Source: Phoronis australis
Taxonomy: Eukaryota > Animalia > Phoronida
DNA: 64,000 bases
NCBI GenBank assembly: GCA_002633005.1
Contig: NMRA01000418.1
Span: 39,896-103,895, forward strand
Direction: 5' to 3'
The position numbers were made by a program, and so were the translations under genes. Positions within the stretch are counted from its first letter, which is position 1. The number at the start of each line of letters is the position of its first letter. Below are positions 50,701-59,700 of the stretch, one piece after another. Below the pieces are notes generated by a model that saw only the letters and a list, made by a program, of their open reading frames with translations, searched no databases and was not told the DNA's origin.

Positions 50701-53700
50701 AACAGAGGCTCATATGATTCACCGGAAGCACATCTACAACAGGGCTATAGTACATGTATGTAGTTACTTCAGAGCTGGGCCGCCCATCGGCATGGGCGGT
50801 GTGCACCATAGGGGGCTGATGGTATTGTCCCCCCAAGTGCTGCTCTCCCCATAGTACCAGGTGTATATCTCCACTCTAATTTGGCTGAAGACAATGATTC
50901 TCAAAAATATGATACCCTAAATGATCCTTACTGACTTCGCGTGACTTGACTTTGAGAACCATCAGCAAATGAAATTGCATTGGGTCAACATGATGCTCAA
51001 CTAGCGCTGCTACACACACAACACCAAGAACAGTTGAATCAACAAATAGCCTACTGGGCAACATTCCAAAGAAATACCACCGGCAACACTCAGCAATTGT
51101 TGACCGCGAGAACTATGGTGATTGCGAAAAAAGATCGTTATAGTTCAAGCACTGAGAAAGCGTCATGGATATAAGCCATAAATTATGAAGATAACTTACC
51201 TTTTCACAAGACCAGCTTCAAACTTCATGATATGTTTGTCGTCGAAGCAGCCGTCCTCAAAGTGGTCGGAGCATATTTCGGCTCCGACAGACTGGCCGAC
51301 TCGACAGTCATTTTACAATGACGAGCAGTGCACACGAAAACGTGCCATTTCGCGGCCAGATGCTTGTCTTTGGGAAACCTAAATAGGGTCACGCCTTCCA
51401 CCTGGCTGGTGTTAGCACAGTTGGCGCACACACACCGATGTACCATGTCTAAATCACGCCAAGATTGAACGCTCCTTGTTCGTCTTCCACTGTTTTGTAT
51501 GTGCGGTAAACTGCATTGTGGGATATTGATCTAGTTTGTGTTCCCCAACACCATGTCACGGTGTCAAAGGTCAACTTTTCGCGGATTTTTTTTAATTTTC
51601 GCTTTTTAACGTAACTACAGACACAATAACATGATAATTGGAAGAAGATATATCCAACTAACAATATCTTGAAAATATTATTACAATTTAACATATTACT
51701 TAGACATTGCAATTTACACTTTAAGCACTTCAGAATACAAGATGAATGAATTGGTCTATCTTTCAGAAGAAAAATGCACCTAATGACCCCATGGGTGCAC
51801 AAATGACCTGAAAATTTAGAATTCAATTGGCATGTTGACTTACACCAGTGTGCTGAAATTGAAAAGAATTCCTTGAAAAACATAAGAGATAACATTTTGA
51901 ACGTTACATGACCTTTGCACTAATTGAACCTATCCGGTGCATTATAAGCGTCTTTAGGAGAATTATTGCAAAGCCCATTAAAAGTTTGTTTAATGCTGAG
52001 AATCACAGTTGTCTAACGGTTGACACATCAGAATGCTTGCTGTTTGAAAAGGTCAAATTTTCAGAAGAAAAATGCACCTAATGACCCCATGTTTGCACTA
52101 AATGACCTGAAACTTTGGCTTCCACATTGAATTACCTGTGCCAATCAGACCTGCCAATTTGAGGTGTCTAGCTCAAAATTTTAGTTTGCACCTAATGACC
52201 TTTGACCTATTTCACCTGATTGGATGACCCGATTACTTAGAAAAGTAATTTTTTAAATTGCCTTAGTGACTTATACCTGTGCACCGAATTTGAAAAGAAT
52301 AGCTTTAAAAACGAAGGAGTAGCATTTTGAAAATTACATGCCTTTGCACCAAATGACATCTCCCGGTGCAATATGGAATATGATTTTATAACGAATAAAA
52401 ATTTTTGTACTAAAAAAAATCACATGCAGAATTTAAAGAACATGTCTGCACCCATTTTGGAGTTATTAAGCCTCAAAGTTGGTCGGAAGAAGAATAAGAA
52501 GAATAAGAATAAGAATAAAATTGAAGAAAACCCAGGAACAACAGTATTCTGCGCTTACACGTGCAGAGTAACTACAACTAGTAGGTGCCAGGGTAGTCAA
52601 AGTCGTCATCATCATCCGTCCTCTTCACACTGAGAACATATATGCCATCCTTAGAATGATTTGATTGATAGAGAGGTAGACTCGAAAACAGCAAAAAATG
52701 GCCACTATGTGGTGTAAATTACGTTGATTCTATCCAAAAATGGGAGGATTGCGTCATCTCATCAATAGATGCCCGTATTCAAAATTTTATGAAAATCTGT
52801 TGAGGACCTTTGAACATACAGAGGTAAACGTAAAACTTAAATTGCCACCAGGGGGCATACCAGTACTCAGATCCATCTCAAAATAATCGTCGTTTGTTGT
52901 CACCATCATGTAAACACGCTTCCTAATATTAGTAAAGATCCTACAAACGGTTTATGAGATATAGCTATGGGCGGAAATTAAACTGCCACTAGGAGGCGCC
53001 ACAATAATCAAAGTCATCGGAAAATCATCGTCAGCTGTTCACTTTATGATCAAAACATAAATGCCAATTTTCACAATAATCCTGAAAGCGGATTGGTTTA
53101 TAGAGGGGTGGACGCCAAAAACAGAATCGAAAACAGTAAAAAGGGACACTAGGTGGCGTAAACTGAAAATGGAAAGATAGCATCACCTAACAGAAGCCTG
53201 TACGCCAAATTTTATGAAAATATGTTGAGGACCTTTGAAGATTCAGAGGAAAACATAAAAAATAAAATTGCCACTAGGTGGCAGACCAGTCAGCAGATCT
53301 GTCCGAAAGTCGTCGTCCATTGTCAACATCATATAAATAAATGCACTTACTAATTTAGTAAAGATGCTGCAAAACGGTTAAGGAGATAAAGGCACAGGCA
53401 CCAAAAAATAAAACTGCCACTAGGAGACGCCACAGTAGTTGAAGTCGTCGGAAAATCATTGTCAACCTTCATCTTCATAGTAAAAACATACATGCCAATT
53501 TTCACAATCATGCTTAGAGCGGTTTGATTGATAGAGGGGCGGACATCAAAAAACAGACTTGAAAACAGTAAAAATGGCCACTAGGTGGCGCAAACTATCT
53601 CGAATCCATCCGAAAACGGCAGGATGATGTCATTTTACTAATTATGTACCAAATTTCATGAAAATACCTTGAGGACCTTTGAAGATAGAGGTAAACGTAA

Positions 53701-56700
53701 AAAAACAAATTGCCACTACGGGGCACACCGGCAGTTGGATCAGTCGGAAAGTTCGTTCATGCCGTCCCATTTATGAAAGGAATATATGTCCAAAATTTCA
53801 TGAGCATACCTCTACCGGTTTTGGAGATAGAGCAGCAGACGCCAGAAGCTAGACACCGGAAGCCGTATGGACGCAGATAACAGCATAATGCGTCCACAAA
53901 TAAATATGTGGATGCATAATAAACCAAAGTTGAGGGTAACTAACAGGAAAGTTAGTAAACAGGTCAACCTTGAGACAGAAATTAAAACTGTGTTTCTGTT
54001 TCTGTTTCTGTTTCTGTGGTGACGTCAGAGGGTAGGCAGCGGGATAGTCCCTGGTCCTAACCCTTCCAGTATCGCACGCAATGTAAATTTTGAGATGCTG
54101 TGACTATACTAAAATTACTGGTCTCATCTAAAAGCCCAATCTGACCAGGTGTCCTGTAACTTTCAATTTTTTGGCTAAATGCACACATTTTTGAGTGTCA
54201 CGGGACCCTAAAAATTAGCTCGATTTTGATGTGTGTTGCTAATTCTTGTCATAAAAATGCTAATTATGGGTACTTCACTATACTATCAAATTTGTGCAAT
54301 CACATGAACCCCAAACTTTATAAAAATAACATCTCAACTTTGGCACATCATTGACTTCTTGGGGTCAAAGGTCATCTCCTGGATATCATGGTGCCGGATG
54401 CCGTCCACCACAAGAGTGTTAAATAGTTTAGTTAATGTTAAGTTTTCAATCACAATTAAAATATTAGTTCCTGATTCTTATTTAACTAGTTACGCAATAA
54501 AGACCAACAATTTAGATCATAGGGATTATTTGTTAAGTCAGAAATTGCGTGACAGACGTACAGCGAATTTGTACGTCCGTCACCTCCGTCCATCACAGCC
54601 AAGAAATTACAATTTTTCAGTCAATAAAAATAACCTTCGGTCATATTTTTACTTTCAAAATTTGCAGAAGATAAACTGTATCTCACACCTAAGATCCTTA
54701 AAGTGACAAAATGATAATACAAAGGCAGCTTAATAATTAAGTGAATAAGTTGCCGCAGATTTAAACTCAATGCATTGGACTTTTTCAATTTCAAAAGTAT
54801 TCATTTTGTAGAAAAGTCATAGTTTAAATTGTCATCTACTTATTCTTTAGTAGAATTCATTTCATTAAAATCAGACAGTTCAACTAAATTACAAAATGTA
54901 AACAAAACAAAATGATAATTAAATGAAGTTAATATTTCTATCTGTTGGTATGCCCGTGTTTGTAAAAAAATGCTTAGCTTTCAGAAAAAATCAAGATGCA
55001 AAAATATTCATACAAAAAGTTCCTAAGATGCTCTAGAGTGTAAATAACAAAAGACCTAAAGGAAGACATGTCAAGTTGCTGTTGCAATGTATTCAACATG
55101 TTATTTTTGCTCTGACCTGCCACGCTGTATTTTTGTTGAAAAAGCAGATACTGGGCCTTTTCAAGCGGTAGGGACCTACCACCTACTTTACTGAGTACTT
55201 TTTCACACCCTCACTGTAGTCACTCGTTTTGTGTCTTTCAGTGGATTGGGTCATTGGGTGGCTCATGTATGAAATGACTTCATAGCAATTATTGTCTCAT
55301 CTTTCATACTGATGATCCCTCGATCTTTTTAAGAATTAGGCTATTTTTTTCTGCTGAGCCTCGAGTGTATTAAACAGGGGGTTTAGAAACGTTAGAGGAA
55401 ATTGTTGGAGACAACGGGAACAACAGAGGGATGCAACCAGGAGAAGTATAAATATCTGCTGGAATATTCTCTGAAAACATGCAATTGTGAATCAAAAAAT
55501 TTATAACCTGTACTTGCGTGTACTGTGATGTCACATCACCTTTACTAATATATACATGGGCATGGGTCAGAACCATCAACAACATGGCCCAGAAAATATG
55601 TTTGTTAAAGTTAAGGGCGAGCTCTCATTTCAAAAACAAATAATTAAAATATGTTCTCATTACAATGATGATTTATTGTTTTAAACTTTGTTTCACACTT
55701 TGTATTGTGACAGTCACATTTCCTTATTACTTTTGATTTTGTATTCTATTTAACCCATTAAAACATTTTTCCTGATAAACTAAAATCTGTCAAATACAAA
55801 ATGATTATCACTTTCATTTCCATCTGTATGGCTTGCCATCTTCAAAGGGAAGAAAAGATTTTTGGGGGTTGTTTCACATCTTTGAACAAATGTATTGGAA
55901 AGTTAACATCCTAGAATATATTCGTAACATACGGCCACCTGTTACGATTTCATGCAAATGGTCAGTCACTACATTTTAATTACATCGAATAATAGTACCA
56001 AAAGACCAATATAACTGAAATAGTGCAAATGTATTAATTATTCTGAATTGATATCTTTAAGTCACAAAAAACAATTTATTTCTAGAAATTTAGAGCGTAC
56101 GTCCGTCACTAACTCAACTTAATATATCAAGCTGTCTCACAAAAATTTCTTAGAAGATATTGTCAAAAAATTAGTGTGTTGTAGTTTGCAAACATTCCAC
56201 TAATTCTTCATATAAAACAAAAATTGTAACTTTATGCCACTCAAAGAAAATTAAACTTAACAACTTAAAAAAATAATTCAAATTGTCCGCGTAAGTCCGT
56301 CACACCTGAGGCAATTTTCTCAGTCAGACCAAAAGTTGTTGCTTGGAAAGCGATCAATGACATCTATCAAACAGGAACTAAACAAATAATTGCACAGAGC
56401 TCCTAGTGATGAGTCTAGGGATCATTTTGTCCACCTGTAATTCATTGAGGTGGGAATTTTTGGAAAATGAAGTTGTTAACTCTGGCATTTTCTATGAGTC
56501 AAATGGTTCAAGTGGCAGGTAGAGAGAATGCAATATTAATAAAAAATTTGAAAGTACCCCAAGAATGCAACACATGAAATTAAGGTCATGAAGGAAAACG
56601 TATAACATGCATTACCAATGGTGATTACTGAGAAAGCACATCTCAATGTATCTTGGAGGTTACAATAGAATCGTGGTTCATTACAACAATTTCCTAAGTA

Positions 56701-59700
56701 ATATGCAGTTACTGACATCCTACTAATGCATATTTTAACCTAAAACAGGAATGAGTACCATGACACAGTTTAAATAGCAACTTACCGGTCTCCTTAAGGG
56801 CCTCAGTTTCAGCGTATAAAGTAGCCTGTCTGTTGGACACTTGACATCGGAACTGTACGCCATCATCAGCTGCTTCCAAGTTGACCGTCAGTATGCTGCT
56901 GCCGTTTGTGGTTCCATCATTGTTGTTGGCAGTAGTCTTGGTAAGATTCTCTGTTATATCTGTGTAGGCACCGCTACCAATCCGACGTGACCACACCATA
57001 GATGCCTGTGGTTTGCCCAAGTTGGCCGTACATATAAGGACAGTTGGTCCTGCTCCACCAAGAACAGGCTGCGTCGGGGCTCCAGATATAGATGGTGTAC
57101 TTGGACGGACTGTTCATGTGGAAACAAGTTTAAATTAAGCATTACAGCACCAATGCACCTATCTACAATTGATCACCAAGGTACTTTAAGACACTTTGAC
57201 AAGTGAACGATGTTCTTGCATGCGCTTACCCTCAATTTGGCATGATAAAATGTGCTCAGACTTCTACATGGCTTTTTTTAACATGTACATGTAGTAGCAA
57301 CCTCTGTTAAAACTTATGATACATTTGAATAGCCACCATCGCCACTTGAAGATTGCTGACACTTGAATAATTACGGGTCACCTTAATAGTTGCGGGCGCC
57401 ATTTATTAATGCAGTCCACAGATCCACCGACCACAATACAGCCAAGAGCGCGGCAAGATGGTGGGTCAACCATTCCGAAGCATGTTCAGTCTAATAAATC
57501 ACATTATGGATGACCGAAATTTGGAGAAGTTAACCGAGGCAATTGTAGAACATGCTATGAACAGTTCCACTAAATAAGATTGGTCCTAACCCCGCTTGTC
57601 AAGGTAAACGGTGGGGTATGGAAAATTGAACTAGACTGTATTTATCCACCTTGGCTGAGTCGCGCTCGGCTCACGATCAAAGGGGATGCCGCCAAGCTGC
57701 TCTATTCATCGAGTCACGAGCGAGGATAATTGGCTTCGCTAATGCAGATATGATCAGCTGATTACAATCTACTTAGCAGACTGTATTTTTTATGGAGAGA
57801 GTTTTAAGTAGTTTTTACTGTATTATTTGAAAAAAAGAGCGAAAGTTAATATGAGTACAACTTTGAATTTTTCAAAGCGGCCCAGGATAAGAGATTTTGC
57901 AACACAGCAACACTCACGATTACTTTCAATCGGCGCACACGAATACAAAAATATAGGACCCAAGTTATTTAGATTTTGGAACACATGCATTCTACTATTA
58001 AAAATACGTTTATTATGAATCACAAGATGTAAAACGACATTGTTTAATTTCATTGTGCTCATTCATTGTCATCCGTCAAATCGGCAATTTCCGAGATGTG
58101 ATCTGCGGCGTGCGCGTCTGAACAAATCACGTGATTGTTATGTTCCTGAAGTACGAAAATTAAGAAACTTTAGCATGCCGTTATTATTGACAGGGACACG
58201 ATAAAACGAATTTGGATTTTGACTATAGTCTTGTTACAGCGAGCTGGCTGACCACTGCGTCAGTGTCTCCGTTAGACCCAGAAATTTCACTCAGCCCGGG
58301 TAGTTCACTTCGTCCCTAACAGGTAGATCAAGCCTTGGACTACTGTATTACTATTAGTACTCCACGGTAGCGCTAAAGACTGTCGGCCTGAGCACACAAA
58401 ATCTGTGAGTTAACCAGCACTCACCTTGCAAGTTGCAGCTGTTTAAATGAAAAATCAATCTAGTAAACGCCATTTTCCTGCTTAATCCTTTTGTAACAAA
58501 AAAGTCTATCGTCGATGACCCGCACACGCACGCTCCGCACTAACTCATACGCAGACGAACTTCAAAACAAACGTCACGTGACAACAACATGTGTGTTCAT
58601 ACAGAGATTTTCTCGTGTTGTGGGGTACGATGTAGTGCAGATTTGGACTTAATCGCAATTAATCTGGACTCCGCATGAACTTTAAAAATTGTAAAACATA
58701 AGGAAGATTTCAGGTAATTTGTTGAGTCGAAACTATATTTTTATTCAAGAGTTCAAGTTTTCCTATTGACGATGGCGATTCAGCGACGCATCAGTCGGTA
58801 AGTTTTCGCCCTGTGATGAGCACAATTTTTTGAAAATTTATCGTAATTTAACAACGGAAGTTCATAGCAATGCGCCACAATTTTGTAGAAAGACTGTCAT
58901 AGGCTACAAATACGCCACAGCACGTAAATTTGATGAATCCGAGCTTCCGATTTTACCCGTTTGGGAAACCGGGTTTCAACTGCCGTAGGCTACAATGAGC
59001 TTCGCTCCCCGTGAACTGAATTTTTCTAAGCGTTTATTAGAGCCAATACACTATACAGCTTTCCACCAAGGCTAGGTGATGTACAACATTATTCTTTGTT
59101 GCATTAGTAACTGGTCTTGGCTAATTATCATTTAATGGCCTGGTCATCCATTCAGCCAAAACTAGTTCTAGAGGTGGCTTATCAGCCAATTATTTAAGCA
59201 TTCTGACTCACACTAAGCCTGATAAGAGTGAAGGTCGATAAATGTAGTGTTCCTAGAGTTTCTTGTGGTAGTGGATGTGTTCATGACATGCAGACATGTA
59301 AATTTGAAAAGTCTAGCTCAAAATCTTAGTTTGCATCTAATGACCTTTGACCTATTTAACCTGATTGGATGACTCAATTACTTATAAAAAGCATTTTTCA
59401 AATTGTATTGTTGACTTATACCTGGGCACCAAATTTAAAAGGAACAGCTTTAAAAATGAAGTAGGATTTTGAAAGCTACATGACCTTATTACCAAATGAC
59501 CACTTCCGGTGCATTATGGCCCGATTATATAATGAATTAAAATTTATGTATAAATATGTGGACGCATAAAAATGGCCACTAGGTGGCGCAAACTATGTCA
59601 AATCCAGCCGAAAATGGGAGGATAGCGTCATCTGATGTGCCGAATTTCATGAAAATCGGTTGAGGACCTTTGAAGATCCAGCGGCAGATGTAAAAAACTA

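Larger units (their letters stand above)
46739..51720. mobile_element. Kolobok DNA transposon, internally deleted / non-autonomous
   Basis: TIRs AGTGTAAATTGCAA[G/T]GTCT match at 18/19. TTAA TSD at 46735-46738 and 51721-51724. Empty site CACTTTAAGCACTT at about 22154-22167 in the sister repeat. Convergent KolX and THAP-transposase remnants. Confidence 0.9.

Noticed and set aside
50960-51180. Plus-strand peptide pieces (VESTNSLL..PKK, LTARTMVIA) resembling a Kolobok catalytic-E region
   Set aside because: The similarity is weak, the orientation is wrong relative to the THAP exon, and it needs frameshifts. It cannot be supported without a profile search.
54055-56450. DNA transposon remnant with repeated GTCCGTCAC motifs (also inverted near 62820-62990)
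   Set aside because: No matching termini, TSD or coding remnant could be established by eye.
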